Shown here in pieces: positions 1 to 13,500 of a stretch of DNA of 64,000 nt. This DNA comes from Vicugna vicugna (Eukaryota). Position 1 is the first letter of the stretch, and each line of letters starts with the position of its first letter. The stretch spans positions 62,001 to 126,000 of the forward strand of contig MU057781.1 in the NCBI GenBank assembly GCA_013265495.1, read 5' to 3'. The notes under the pieces were generated by a model. It searched no databases. It had not been told where the DNA came from and saw only the letters and a program-made list of their open reading frames with translations. The translations under genes were made by a program, and so were the position numbers.

Positions 1-974
1 TCCTGTCCGGGTGAACTGAAGCCCACCTCTGCAGTCGTCTGTCCTTCCTGCCAGGGAACCAGCCCTTCTCAGCCTGTTGATTGCGGGCACTGGGCGTAGG
101 AGGGTGAAGCGTCAGTGGTTTAGAATCGAGCCAGTGCGTCGAGTGGGACCCACTTCTCGTCCGGAAGCCTGAGGGCAGCTGAGTGCACCCCCGGCCCCGG
201 GGCCCACCGTGCTCCCTGCCCCCGACAGCTCAGGTCGGGAGGGTCCGCAGCCGGGGAACAGCGCATGGCTGTGCGGGGAAGCTCCTCCCTCCACGTCCTT
301 CTATCGGCACGGGGTTCCCGGGCAGACGGAGCCAGAGGACACCTTCTATGCGCTTGACTCACGGGGACAAAGCTTCTCACCCCGTCCACTTCTCGGTGTC
401 GGTGTACCTGCCACTGTCATAGATTCTCCTTCTTTTCGTTGGTTTATAAACGTCAGCGGGTTTTCTAGGGTGGACTACAAGAATATATTTATCTCTTTAC
501 CACCAGACACGTCGCGATGGGGCTCTCCTTTGACGAATCGTCAAATGAGTCACGGAGGACCTGGAGCCCCGCGTTTGTGCTCCCAGCAGGGCTGTCTGAG
601 CGTGCCCGCCTGGCGCACGCCCGCGTGCCCGGCGCGGGTCCTGGCGTGGAGATGTCGTCAGCCCGCACCGCGGCTCTTGGCGGAAGCGTACTAGTTCCCC
701 TGCTTTAGAACTGAGAGGGTCCAGGGGAGTCAGGAACGTGTGCAGGTGTCCTGGGGGCCCCGAGCTGGAGGGACTGTCAGCATCACAGGACTTTCGGGGA
801 AAGCCGCGTGAGTTTGCCGGGGCGGTGCTGCCTTCCCGGTGGACCCAGACGCTTATGCACCAGGGCCGTCTGTCCTCCGCGAGGACAGGAGAGGGGCTCT
901 GCAGCCTGGTGAGTTCCAGCCACACTGAGAATTCGCAGGGTGGCCAGAGCCCCCCAGCCCTTGTCCCTTAGCAA

Positions 975-1270
975 GGTGAGCTCTGTCCATCCTTCAGACC
1001 CTGACTCTGATGTCCCCCCAGGAGCCGCCTGCCCTCCCTCCGCCTGGCAGAGCCCCAGCCGCCCTCTAGGATGAGCTGGGCTCTCAGACATCACTCCCAC
1101 GGCCGGCGCGCACGCGTGCTCGGTGGTTGGTCTCTGGTCCGAGTTGTCCCCACAGCAAGCGCCATGAATACCAGGCCGCGCAGACATCTAGCTGTCTCCC
1201 AGGTGACCCCTGTGCTTGTCATGTAGCCTGGCACATAGTAGGTGCTCTGCAAACATTTGTTGGGAGGTGG
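975..1270 (+). mobile_element. L2 LINE 3' fragment
   Basis: Ends in gcctggcacatagtaggtgctctgcaaacatttgttg, typical of L2 3' termini. Confidence 0.55.
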
Positions 1271-2029
1271 CTGAGTGACCCTTAGCCCGAGGCCACTCTG
1301 CAGCTCGTGGCCTCTGACCCTCAGCTACGTGGGGGGTTGCGCCCAGGACCCTGGGTGGCTTCCTCACTGCCCCCATCCACGTTCCCAAATCCCGCAGGAA
1401 AGCTTTCCCAGCCAGCCCCACCCCTCAGGAGTCTGGGGCACGAAGCCCACCAATGGGCAGGCACCCAAGGCCACGGCCACCGCCACGGGGTTCAACACTC
1501 TTTGACCTGCATCTCCTAAGTGACGTGATCGAGAGTTGCCACCATGAAACAGTGTCTGTCACAGCTGGAGGGCAAAACCAAAGTTGATTGTTACCATAAC
1601 GCTGTGGTTGACAGACCGCCCTGGGCCGCCCTAGGGCCCTCCCCGGGGTGGGTGGGCGGCGTCCCGCCCCAGTGCCCTGGTGGAGCTCGGACTGCCCCCG
1701 GGCCAGCTCGGAGCAGGGCTGCGGGACGCACAGCCCCACACGCCCCGCGGCACAGACAATGTCCAGATCCTGCTGGCCTCGGTGGCACGTCCCTGCCGTT
1801 GTAACCTGGGAAACGTGCCTGGTTCCTATCCCACTGAGACGTCAGCCAAATAAAAACAAAATCCAAAACCCAACCCAGCGATGCTGGCGGCTCCGGGGGC
1901 CTCCCCACCCCTACTCTCAAGCCCAGGCCCGCTCGCACGTCGTACGTCAGGGCCGGGGCACGGGCTCCAGACCCAGGCGGCCCGGACTTCAGTTCTGGAC
2001 TCGCCACCTGGGGGCTCCTCCGAAAACTA

Positions 2030-2125
2030 GTGGGGCCTGGGTTTCCTCTTCTGTAAAGTGGGGATGACAGCGGCCCCTTCCCCCAGGCTCGCTCTGAGGG
2101 TCACACGTGTGAAAAGCGCACATCA
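2030..2125 (+). mobile_element. MIR SINE core fragment
   Basis: gtttcctcttctgtaaagtggggatga resembles the MIR core gtttcctcatctgtaaaatggggata. Confidence 0.55.
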
Positions 2126-3732
2126 CAATGTAAGTGCTTCATCGACACTTAATTGAGTAAGGGCTGGATAAATGCGCGGGCTCCGGGCGGACGAGTTTGT
2201 GCGGCTGGAGGATGCCCCGTCTTCCCACACCTGATCGACCGCTCAGACGTGGACCAGCTAGAGGCGCCGAGCCCCGGGCCTGGGCTGATGGGGAGCGAAC
2301 AGAGAGGGCGCTCTGAGCGACAGCCTCTGCTCTGCAGACACCAGGAGGCTGCCCGCGGAACCTACGCGCCGGGGGCCAGAGTGCACGGGCCACCTCGGGC
2401 CAGAGCAGCGGCTGCCGGACCCAGGACACGGGCGAGGGTGGGAGCCCCGGTCTCCCGAGGGGAGAAGAAACTGGGCTAAAAAGCAGTTTTCTCTCCATGA
2501 CTGAGACCCGAGCGTCTCAGCTCATTCTCTGCAGGGTTCAGGCCCAGGAAAGCACTGGTTTCAGCGCTCCTCAGCCGGTTTCAGAGAGAGGACATGTTCA
2601 GAACGTTCAGACCTGTGCCTTCTGGAGACACTGCGAGCAGAACGCATCCGAGAATCTAATCAAGGAAGCCATTCCTTTTTAGAGGGGAATTTCACTGGTA
2701 ATGCCAAGTGTCTATTTATATGCATTTAATTTATAAAGATTCCCAAAGGACAGATTTTCTGTTGATTAAAAATATTTAACCATGTTTCTTCTTTGATGCT
2801 AAACCAGCCTAGTTGTGTAAAAACACAGGCCTTCTTTTATTCTGAGGAACACGCTGTTGTTTTTAGGGAGGAGAGGCATTGTGGGGAGGCTGGCTCCCCG
2901 GGGGTGGCGCATGTGATGGACCTGAGGCCTTTTCCTCTCAGCACCACCTTGTACAGAACCGCCAGGAGCGCCCAGAGGAGAACCCCCCCGGGCGAGGGCA
3001 GGGAGGGCAGGCCAGCAAGACCCCACCTGGTGCCCAGAAGCCCGTCTCCTCTGTACCCAGAAGGCGGCCGGGAAGGACGGGGCCATCCAGCCGTGTCTCC
3101 AAGTGCGGCTTCCCAAAAGGTACACAACAAGTAGGTAACATTAGAAGGAATTCAGTTTTAAAATACACCAAACAGGTTAAAAATGGCGTGTTTCTATCTC
3201 TCATAAAAAACAGATTCGAATTCTCCGCACAGCGAACTTTGGCACCGTTTTCATAGCCAACTAAGTCCGCGTGGTGCGACTTGGGGCTCTAAGTGCAGAC
3301 CCCAGAACACGTCCCCCCGAGCCTGGCCGCGTTCCCGTGGCACCGGCACCGACGTCCTCCGGGCAGAGCCGGGTCCCTCTGCAGAGGCTCGCCCTGTCTC
3401 GCTCGGAGCCTGCGCGCCGCCCCAGCGACAGCCACCTCGACCTGCTGGAGGGGACGAGGCCGGCTGTGGTCCCGGGTGGGCCGACTTCTGCCTGCCCTGT
3501 AGCTGACAGGCCCCCGAGGCCTCGTCCTCCGAGCAGACAGACACAGGAAACCCCCGAGTCCTCGGGCGTGGCCCGCGCTCTGCACCAGCACAGAACCCGT
3601 GAGAGGGCTGCTTGCTTCGTCAGGAGCGCAGCCGGGTGACAGGCTCTGCAGTAAACAGAAAACCAGGCGGCTGAGACGCCGTTCCTCTGCAGGCGCTGGT
3701 TCTGTCCCGGCAAATACACCGACTCGTCCAAA

Positions 3733-4374
3733 TGAGGCGGGAGGGAAGGGTACAGGGCACAGCCATTCCGGGAGTGACACAGCCATCAGCACCAAAGCGG
3801 GGAGAGTCACTCCCAGTGGACCTGAGGCCCAAGGTGGTGGGACACTTGACTTCCAGTCGACCTTGAGCTTCATTGTTGCTCATCGTAATATGTCAGCCTG
3901 GCCAGTGGCCCTCCCACGGGCGCCAAGACAGCCCCGAGGCTGACCGTGGAAGGTCAAGAAGTGAGCGGTGGCCCAACTCCCGGGCAGCGCCGCCCCTTCC
4001 CCAGGGGCCTGGCGGCAACCCTCCCCCTTGTCAGCCCGCGAAGCTCCCGAGCCCACAGCACTAGTGACCCTGCTCCTCACGGCCGCTCTGCCTTCCGAGT
4101 GAGACCAACTCTGTCCAGGAGTGTGTGTCTACTTTTACTTTAACCTGGGCGCCCAACGCCCACACTTCGTGGCCTTTCTCTCACCTTCTGAAACAGCCTG
4201 CACTCTGTCTATGAAGTGTGTGTCTCTCTGAATAAATCTACTTTATTCAACTGTGGCTCACTCTTGAACCCTTTCCTGCACGCAGCCAAGGACCCACACT
4301 TGGCGAGGCATGTCCCCAGGACTCAGCTGAGGCCTGGGACACAGCCCTCTCACCCCCCATTTTTTCTTGCATCA
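3733..4374 (+). mobile_element. ERV1 solo LTR, MER41-like (artiodactyl MER4 group)
   Basis: TG...CA termini (tgaggcggg...cttgcatca), a perfect 4-bp TSD CAAA (3729-3732 and 4375-4378), AATAAA at 4231-4236, and internal blocks resembling MER41-type LTRs. Confidence 0.85.
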
Positions 4375-7300
4375 CAAAAAGTGAATTACTGATGCCACCT
4401 CGGGACGCTGAGTGCCCCAAATCTGACAAAGGCTTCAGAATTATCCACAAATGGTACTTTGCTGGGACACTGATGCCTGCATTTTGAACCCTGCTCTGCT
4501 GGCTGTTAATCTGTGACTATGTGCCTGCTAACAGCCCGTGAGTCTCAAAAATGTGTTGACTTCTTTAAACAAAATTCAGCATTCTGAGAAAGGTGCATAT
4601 CTCTGTTGGTAGGTTGGCCACTCACGATAATTTCTCCACCTAAATCAGAAGGCAACCACAGTGTGCGTGTGACCTACAAGAGGGTACAAAGGCCCCTGAG
4701 GAGACAGAAGAAAGTTCTAGATTTTCAGATGGGCTGTTCAGCACAGTGGATCTTTGCAGACTTCCTGGGCGCCTCCCAGAAGTGAGGGTCCTGGAAACAG
4801 TCGAGCTGTGGGACCACCGTTGTCGGGAGAAGACCGCCCTCCTGCAGTCCCGGGCCTCTCTCACGTGGGCCGCCTCGCCTGGTCCCTTCCCGCCCCCCTC
4901 TCGTCTGTGGTTTATTAAGCAGGCAAGGTCCTTCCCGATTCAGAGCCTTCTGGGGAGATGGTAAGGGAAGCCCCGAGGGTCCCGTCAGCCAAGGGCTAAA
5001 CCCCTGCCCTCCCCGTCCCCTGGAATCAAACTTGGTGGCAGAATTCCATCCTTGAGGGTAGCTTGTCCCCCCACCACACCCTGGGTCCTCAGAGCACGCA
5101 AGCATAGTTCTTAATTCCCCACGAATCAAGCAGAAGGGGTGAGGACCCCCGGGGCTCCCCATCCTCTTGTGCGTCTCAGGGAGCAGAGGCCAGGCACAAT
5201 CCGGGCCCTCATTGGAGCTGCGTGTCCCCGCTCCCCTCGGTCAGGGCCCTCAGCGTCAGCTAGCCGCCCACGCCGGGTCTCTGCAGCCATGGGCCTCGGG
5301 GATGTCAGGCCGCCCAGTGGGCAGCGAGGCAGGGACCCGCGGGGCCCTGTCCCAGAACAGGAGTCCCAGCCAGAGGCCCTCCCGACAGGTGCGCGGGGCC
5401 GCCTCTCCTCTCTGCTCCCCGGCCCCATCCCGAGGGCCCCCCTAACCGCGGCTGGGCCTGTGTGCTGCCCACGGAGGGTGAAGGGACAGCCACTATGCTA
5501 TATTCAAACATTCTTTTAAGGCCACTTTTTTCTGTCTTTGATTTCTCTCTCTTTGTTGACTCTTTTCTTAGAATATACAGACCCCAATGTCTTTACCTAA
5601 AAACCAACAGCTACAAGAATGAAACAAAACAAAGTATGTGTGTGTGTGGGCCCACCCCCACAGGGCCACACAGCACAACGCTCCTACAAGGACGCTCACG
5701 CTCACACACACGCACACTGTTCTGACCCGGTTGTGGTGGTCACTGCTCGGCGGACTTTCTTCCCAGCGCACCGTCCTGAACCGTCAGGCTGTGCTGAGCC
5801 TGTGTCCTGCGCCCTGAACCCCATCCCTCCAGGGCCCAGGTGACCATACACCCTAGGCTCTCGGCACAGAGATCTCAGGGGCAAAGGGCGCGGCTCTCCT
5901 CAGGCTCTGCCCGCAGGGCCCTGCAGGCTGCGCGTGGCGACCACGTCCAGCCGGGAAGAGCATCATCTGGGACCCGCCGGCCTGCAGGTCTGCCCTCACG
6001 CTTGGGTCGGGTCGCCCCTCGCAGTCTGCCGCTCGCCCACCGAGCCCCCGACACCAGCGTTGCTCTGCCCCGAGCTCCTCCCCCAAGCCTCCCAGACAAA
6101 ACGTAAGAAAACTCCAGGAACCTGGGGAGGCGACAGGAAAGCAGCTCTGGCAAGTTCCAGTCCTGATAGAACCCCTGTTCTACTTCTGAGCGCAGTGGCG
6201 GGTGGGGCCTGCTCTCTCACTGCTGGAGGCAGCAATGATAACCTGGAGATACTGCGGAGGTGGGCACGGTTCAGACTACTCCACGCATGCCTGTCATGCC
6301 CCGGGCACCAGCCCAGGCACTGCCCATCAGTGCCGTCGCTGTGCCACCCCGTCTCACGGGGGTGCATGGGGCTCTGAGGGCACTGCCTCGCCCCGGGCCC
6401 ATAGCCGGCAGCACCCAGATTCCAGCTCACTCCCCCTCGGACGCCAGAGTTTGGACTTCCCTCCACATCACGCACCTTATTAGCTTGTCAGAGGACAGAG
6501 ACTTCGAGGACAGCAGAGCGACTGAAGCCAGGTGGCATCTAAGATGGGCCACGTGCCCCAGACAGGAGGAGCCAGCAGAGACAGTGACCCGGCCCGGCCG
6601 AGCCGCTCAGGCCGCAGCCCCTGTGCTGCGGCCAGAGTTGTCAACAAGGACCCACGGGGACCGGGTCACGGGAAGTCTCTGCGTCTGTCCGCGAGCACAC
6701 CCAGAACCGGGGCGGGGGGGTGAGGAGAACACAGGCGGCCCTCACTTCTTGACTTAATGGCTCCGAGAGCACCGGCTCCCAGCTCTGCCTTCACAACATC
6801 CACACTTGTTTTTATTTCAGACCAAGGATACACTTTGATTAATTTCGAGACCCAGTCGCCATGCAATGCTGACACCCAAAGCAACACAGAAGGACAATCC
6901 CAAATCTCACAGCTAGCACAGAGGGGTCCCCGCGACATGCAGAAATATGGGCTCTGTGGGATGCAGATGAAGAAAAATTCCCACCTCAGTGCACGTCCAG
7001 GGTGTCACCCGCCATCCCTCGCGGGAGTGACGCTCTGACCCTGTGTGTAATGCTGCCCGGCGGTAGCCTCAGGGTCAGGTAAGTGTTCTCGGCCTCATGA
7101 ATGCAGACTCCAAATCAGTGTGCTTGTTTTAAATCATCTTAATGAGACGAGATGCCTTGATGGATACACACCTCACTGCCACATCCTCTAGACCCCAGAT
7201 ATGAATTTCCCTGAAACACCCAATTTGCCTGGTGTTTCCCTGCCCAGCAGAAACGGGAGACCGCCTTTCCAGAAGAGCAGAGGGAAGTCCGGGAAATGAC

Positions 7301-9814
7301 TGGGTTTCCAAGTTTTCCTTCGGCGCCATGAAAATGAAGATTACAGCTGTGGAAATCAGCCCTCAGAAGAAGCTGTCCCCTGCCCTGCGGCTGCGGCACT
7401 GAAGCGTGGTCTTATTAAGCAGGCAACCAAAGGGAGTGAGAAATAATGGAGCAGCTGGTGGGGAAGAGACAAAACTGCACCCACAAATTCGGTTTCAAGG
7501 CATTCAAGGTAAATTAACCACATAGTAAATACATGTAATCAAAAATAATTACAGTTTATAAGTTTAAAAGCCCAGGCAACGAGAAACGAGGTTCATTCTG
7601 AACAAAGAAGAATCCTGTCTTTGCCGAGGGGCAAATGGACAGATAAAATGTTGCATTTTAATGTTGGTGTAAAATTTGGGAGAAACAGGTTTCCTGCTTC
7701 AAAATAAAAGCACAGAAACAAAACGAAGGCCCGAATGTGGGGAGTTCTGACACCGCTGGCCTCTGGGTCAGCTCCCGGCAGCGGGAGGCGGCTGCCCCAG
7801 GCCAGGTGGGCTCCTAGGGGAGGACACGCCCCTCCCCCTCCCCCTCCCCCAGGTGTCACCTGCTCTCCCAGCTAAGTCCCCTGCTTGTGTCCTCCTCACA
7901 GCAGCGAGGCTGGAAACTGGCCCGGCCCTCTGCCCTGGCAGGCCCCCACCCCATCAGAGGCCTGCATTCCAGAACTTTCCATGGGAGTGGCCGCTGGTCT
8001 CCAGCAGGGAGCTTTCCTTTAGTGAGGCGTCACCACCAGGGATGGAGATGTGACAGCCGGTGTGAGCCCCAGCAGCTCCTGTCCCCGTGAAGGCCCCCAT
8101 GTCTGCACCTGGGCCAGGTGGTCTAGGGAGAGACCACCCCCCTCTCTCATCCTCCCGGGGTGGGCTCGGAACTGGCAAATGAAGAGCAGAGTGCACTCAG
8201 GTGGGCTCTGAGAGGTGGGCAGCGCTGGACAGGGTGGGCCCTGCACTGGCCTCAGGCTCTGCCTCCTCCCAGGCGGGCTGGGGTCCCTGTCGTCAGGGCT
8301 GGGGCAGGAGGGGAGCCCAGCGCATCCCCCACGCCCTGATGCAGACCTGAAGTGGCAACACCTCCAAGGACTGTCCGGCTCAGGCTGCGAGGGGGAGACG
8401 GAGAGGCTGGCGGCGCCGCGATCACACAGATCTGCCGTTTTCACAGAACTGACCTCTGCGCTCAGCCGAACAGCCAGATCAGCCACGTTTAAGAATCCAT
8501 CAGGCCGGCTGTCTCTCAGAATTGGCCGTTTTAGCCTGAATAGATGCATAGGTGGGGTTACGGACAGGAGCACACAGCCTGAGAGATGCATTGTGATTAT
8601 TACAAAAGGATTACAGTCAGACGCATTGAAACATCGATCACTTACAAATACTGCTCTTTACGTCTCATTTTTCAACGGAAAAGGGAAGCTCTTCTCGTGG
8701 TGTCTGTCCAGCTCTGAAGTTTTAATCAGTGCTGTTACCTTGAAAGCCGTGTGTTCAGCAGCCGTCCAGACACGCCGGCTGGAGACTGTCTAGCACGATC
8801 ACTCTCCTGTCTGGCCCCGGAGGGCAGTTCCCACCTCTGCCCCAATCACCCCAACCCTCCCTCCATCCTGACTTTGATCCTCTCCCCGTCCCTCACAGGC
8901 CACCGCCTCTCCTGCCCTCAACTGTCCTTTGCTTTGTTAGTAACATCCCGGGAGCATTAATCCGGACGATTTCCATGGGTTTTGGGGTCTGGAAACGGCA
9001 GCTCTCAACGACCTTGTGAGTCTCCCTGCCTCTCGTAACCTCTGGGTCAGGGTCATTCCGAGACCGGCTGGGGCCGTGTTCCGGCAGGACAGAGCCTGGG
9101 CGCTAATTCTCCCTTGAGAATTCCACTTAGATTTTTTCTTTATTGTTTATTTCCAAATGATGGATCGGGGAGGAAGCTAAATGCCTTCACGTAAAATATC
9201 TAGTTCTCTAGGAAGAACGGGTCTCGGCAGTCAATGACCCACACGTGCTTTATGCTCCCCACCCTCGCTCTTCAACTGCCACGGTACTGGCTGGAGCGTT
9301 CATCCCCGGCGGGAAGGCTGCCCAGCATCACCCCCTCCAAGTGAAGGTCAAAGCACTGCCAGGCCGAGCAGCGTGGAAGTGCGTGCCTCATTAGCGCAGG
9401 CATCGACCCCTGCATCAGAGAGGGGCGTGAATCCCAGGGCGCACACAGGGGTGCTCTGCCGGAGAAGGCAGGGACTACGGATGCAGGGCTGGGATGAGCA
9501 GCCTTCTCACCGCGTTCAAGTCTGACTTCGGAAGAACGTGTCCCCGCTTTGCTGCTGTCACCTCTGCCCCTTCCTCTCGCTGGCTCATGGGGCAGGGCCC
9601 TCCCCGCAGAGACTGGCCCGGAGGTTCCTCTGATCAGCCAGGAAGGGGGCGACAGTCACGGTCCGTCCACAGCCTCAGCCCCCGGCCCCGACACAGTGAG
9701 CTGACCATCCACACAGCCCGGCCGGAGCCCTTCCTAGGTGGCTTCTCCACCTGCGGCCGCCGTGGAGAGCAACGGGCCCGCCCCAGCCAAGGTCACCGAC
9801 CTCACGGCCACGGC

Positions 9815-10183
9815 CGCCTCGGACCAGCGGGCACAGTGAGGCCGCCTGCCCGCCCCCAGGGGCTGAGCACCCCCCACCCACAGGGCCTGAACAGGGCGAA
9901 AGGGCAGAGGAAGGAGGGGTCGTGCTCTGCTGACCGAGCGCCATGACGGGATCTTCTCCTGCCCTTAGCTTCTGGTCCTCAGGCCCTGGGACGTGGTCTG
10001 GGATCTACCCCATGGCCACCTGCTCCCCGTGGAGGGCTTGGAGCCCCCCACGTGCTCTCCTGGGTCTCAGCTTGCAGACAGGGCAGTGGGACATCTCAGC
10101 CTCTGTAATCACACCAGCCAACCTTCTATAATAAATCTCATTATAGTGGCACCATCTCAGGATATAGAACCCTGACTAACACA
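9815..10183 (+). mobile_element. MLT2 (ERVL) LTR, 5' part strongly diverged
   Basis: Contains gggtctcagcttgcagaca...ctcagcctctgtaatc...ataataaatctc and the terminal gaaccctgactaacaca typical of MLT2. Confidence 0.75.
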
Positions 10184-10391
10184 ATATACACGAGTGTACA
10201 CTGTGTACGAGATGCGTATGTGCACACCCGTATATATGTGATACGTACGGAACGGAGACCTTTAAAGGGGGCCCGTCACTTCCTTGGGTTTTGAGATTCT
10301 AACTGTTAATATTTAAATACACATCCAAGGGGCTCACAGGTGATTGCGCATCTAACAGACACTCCGCCCTGATTTCAGAAAACAAACACTG

Positions 10392-10540
10392 GGCGCCACT
10401 CCTGTGTGGTCCCCGTGGTGGCAGCAGCCTGTGAGCAGCAGGAATGCAGACTCTCAGGTCCTCGGACCCAGGAATCGGAATCTGGTGTTACCTGGATCCC
10501 GAGGCGATGCCTGTGGGCAGGACAGGGTGGGTCACACTGG
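10392..10540 (+). mobile_element. MER5-type hAT-Charlie MITE (diverged)
   Basis: gtgtggtcccc...ggaatgcagactctcagg...gaatc...atctg resembles MER5A/B. Confidence 0.5.
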
Positions 10541-13500
10541 CGGGAGCACCCTCTTCAATGGGAGAAAATTCTGTGCCGGTGCCCTGCCCACGGGGCTGCT
10601 GTGGCTCAGAGATGCGTCCTGCCCCCAGTACCACCCCGGCCTCAGGGTCCTCACTGGGGAGTGATGGCTCCCCTGCCTGCAGCCATCAGGGCCTGAGGAT
10701 CCCACGGGAGCACGGTCCCTAATCTGCTCCCTGACCATCCAGACCCACCTCCCTAAATTCACCTGCAGGCCAGCCAGGCTGTGCTCGGACCCTGGCCTTG
10801 GAGGCTGTGAGCCCACACACGAATAGTTAGCACATGCGTTTACTATAACCCCAAGGGACTCACAGTGGACTGGAAACAGAGCTTACAGCCTCCGTGAGCA
10901 ACTGGATACCGAACACACAAAGACAGTGTTCTCCCTTTTGTATAAGGATGTGTGTGTGTGTGTGCGCGTTTATATTAGTGGGAAAAGGAAAGCCCAGAAG
11001 GCTGCACACACACTTTGACCAGCATCAGCCGTGTTCCCAGCAGAGTGAGATCAGACTGGCTGCAGGCAGTATTTTCTTGTTTATTATATAAACTCTTCTG
11101 TTGTTCGGAGTATTTCAAAAAGCTTGTGTGAGTTTTGTCATCCATCCTTTGTCTGCTGCGTGCCCATGACCGGCTCCCCGGCCCGCCTGCCCAACGCCGG
11201 GCAACCAGCACGCTCAGGCTCCCACCGCCGTGTCTCTGTGTCTGCACCTGCTGCCCCAGAGGGCACCTGCTGAGAAGCACAATCCGGGTGGGTTTCACCT
11301 GCAGCAAATCTCTAGCAGGTGGAGGAACACTGGCTAAAACAACCTTTCTGCAAAAGACCCAGGCATATTCTGCCAACTGGTGGACCCCTGTTGGTGGTGG
11401 ACCCCTGTTGGAGGGAGGGGCTACACTGAATTACAGCTCAGCAGAGCCATTCGTGCAGGGAGTAAGCGGACTGCTGTGGGTGTGTGGCCGGGGACGCCAC
11501 TGTCCGTGGGCTGCGAGCTCAGGGCTGGAGCTCCCTAGCTGCTGGGAGAGAGGCTGGGTTTGCACCAGCCCTGGGAAGTCCCGACAGGCATGTGGCCGCA
11601 GTGCTGAGGGGCGGAGGGGGACAGTGCGCCCCACACCGGCACAGAGGGAACGCTGCAGGGGGCCGTGTGCAAGGCCAAAACTGAGCACTTCGTCTGCTTG
11701 GGGTGCAGAAAACGGATCCTGAGAGCCACCCCTGAGAGTGTGACAACCGCATAAGCAGGAGGTACCAGCTGATGCTTGTGCCCGCCGCGTGCCCTCCTCC
11801 TCCAGCCCTGCCCTCCGAGGCGAGTGTCAGGATGAGCAGCTGAGGCTCAGGGAGTCCGAGCCCCTGGAAAGGGGCGGCCTCAGGTCGTGCCAGGATCTGC
11901 CTGGACCCCCGGCTGCCCTCACCGCATGCCATGCACCCCGCACCACCTCCTGCGGAACCAGGTGAGTCACAGGACGGGGTGTCGCCCCCACAGGACGCGC
12001 AGTGTGGGGTGGGGTGAGTGTGATCGAGGCAGGTCCTCACTCTCAAAGAAGAGATAAGGCCACTGGAGCAGGAAGATGAGGGGAAAAGCCAACACGCAAC
12101 GTCATCCAACAGGTCAGGTTTCACCTCCCATCGGCACCGAGAGACCCTGACGGACTGAGTCTCAGCGCTCTGAGATGGGTGGGGGCCGGGGAGGACCCGG
12201 CTTCCATATTTGGGGCCCTGGGTGGAGATGGCAGGTGGACCTGACTGCCAGGTGCCCCCCAGGTGGGCAGACAGGCCTGAGTGAAACTTTCAGAAGTTTC
12301 CCTGGCTTCGTGAAGTGTAGGGGGTCGTGGAGGTAGGAGGAAGGGGTGGAGCAAGCTGAGGATGGGGGGCACTACTGAGGGAACGGGGGGCTTCCAGCAG
12401 AGAAACACCGCGGGAGCCTCCCCGACGTGCAGAGTCCCCACGGGGCGGAACGAGCCAGGAAGACCCCATCTGCGCCCCCCGACCAAGAGAGGAGACCCAC
12501 AGAGCTCAGCAGAGGGTCTCAGACCCTGGTGAGGGTCTCAGGTCAAGCCCCGCGGGGGCACAAACCAGCGCTGCCAGGCCGGCTCGAGGACCCAACATCA
12601 CAGAGACACTGCTGGCCCGACGGCCTCCGCCCTGGGAGGCAGATGGGACCAGAAGTCTCCCAGAGCGCGAACCTTCCAAGGAGACTGCCAGCCAACCATG
12701 ACGGGGCGTTTCCTTTTGAAAAGGCTGAGTCTTTAAAGAGAACGAAGAGCTTGTAAACAGTAGCACCCCGCTTAGCAGGCGGATACCCCAGAAGGCAAGG
12801 CCCCTGAGGATGTCTGCATCCTGCCTGTGGCAGACCGCAGCGAAGCCCTGTGCGCCCGCCCTGGAAGGGACCGTCGTGCCTCCTCCCTGACCCTCAGTGT
12901 CCGGCCTGGGGCTGAGGGCACGTTAGCCCACGTGACGCGACCGTGGCTTGAAGCACCCGTGCTGCCGGGCTCTCCCCCTCTCGCACTTCTGCATCCCCAT
13001 GCCACACGGCTGGCCAAGGACGGGGCCACGCAGGGCACCCGCAATTCTGCACGAGACCACCCTGGTCCCGTGGCTGCCAGCCAGCCCGCACCTGACAAGC
13101 AGCTGCCCAGCTGACACCTATCGCTGCCCCCGCTGGGATTGTGCATTTGTTACGCGGCTCCTCTGGGGGGATAACTGATACACCTCACCCCTGCAACCAG
13201 CACGAGCCCACGTGCACCTCCCAGAAGAGGCTCTGAGGAAGCCTGCTAACTGAGTCATCGCCCACGACCTGGGCCGTAGCTCATCTTTGTTCACAAGAAG
13301 TGAGTGAGAGGTTGATGAGTCCTGAAAAAAGTTTTAAAAAAGCTTGTGTTCTTTCTCTTTTAAATTGCCGTTTGTAGAATTGCCAAGAACACAGCAATCG
13401 TGCTCTAGGAGTGCTGACTCCTCAAGGAGCGTGCGCACAGACAGCCGTCCGCCGGGAGCTGCCTGCGGACCCCTCCCGCCCTCGCCCCACCACCCGAGCT

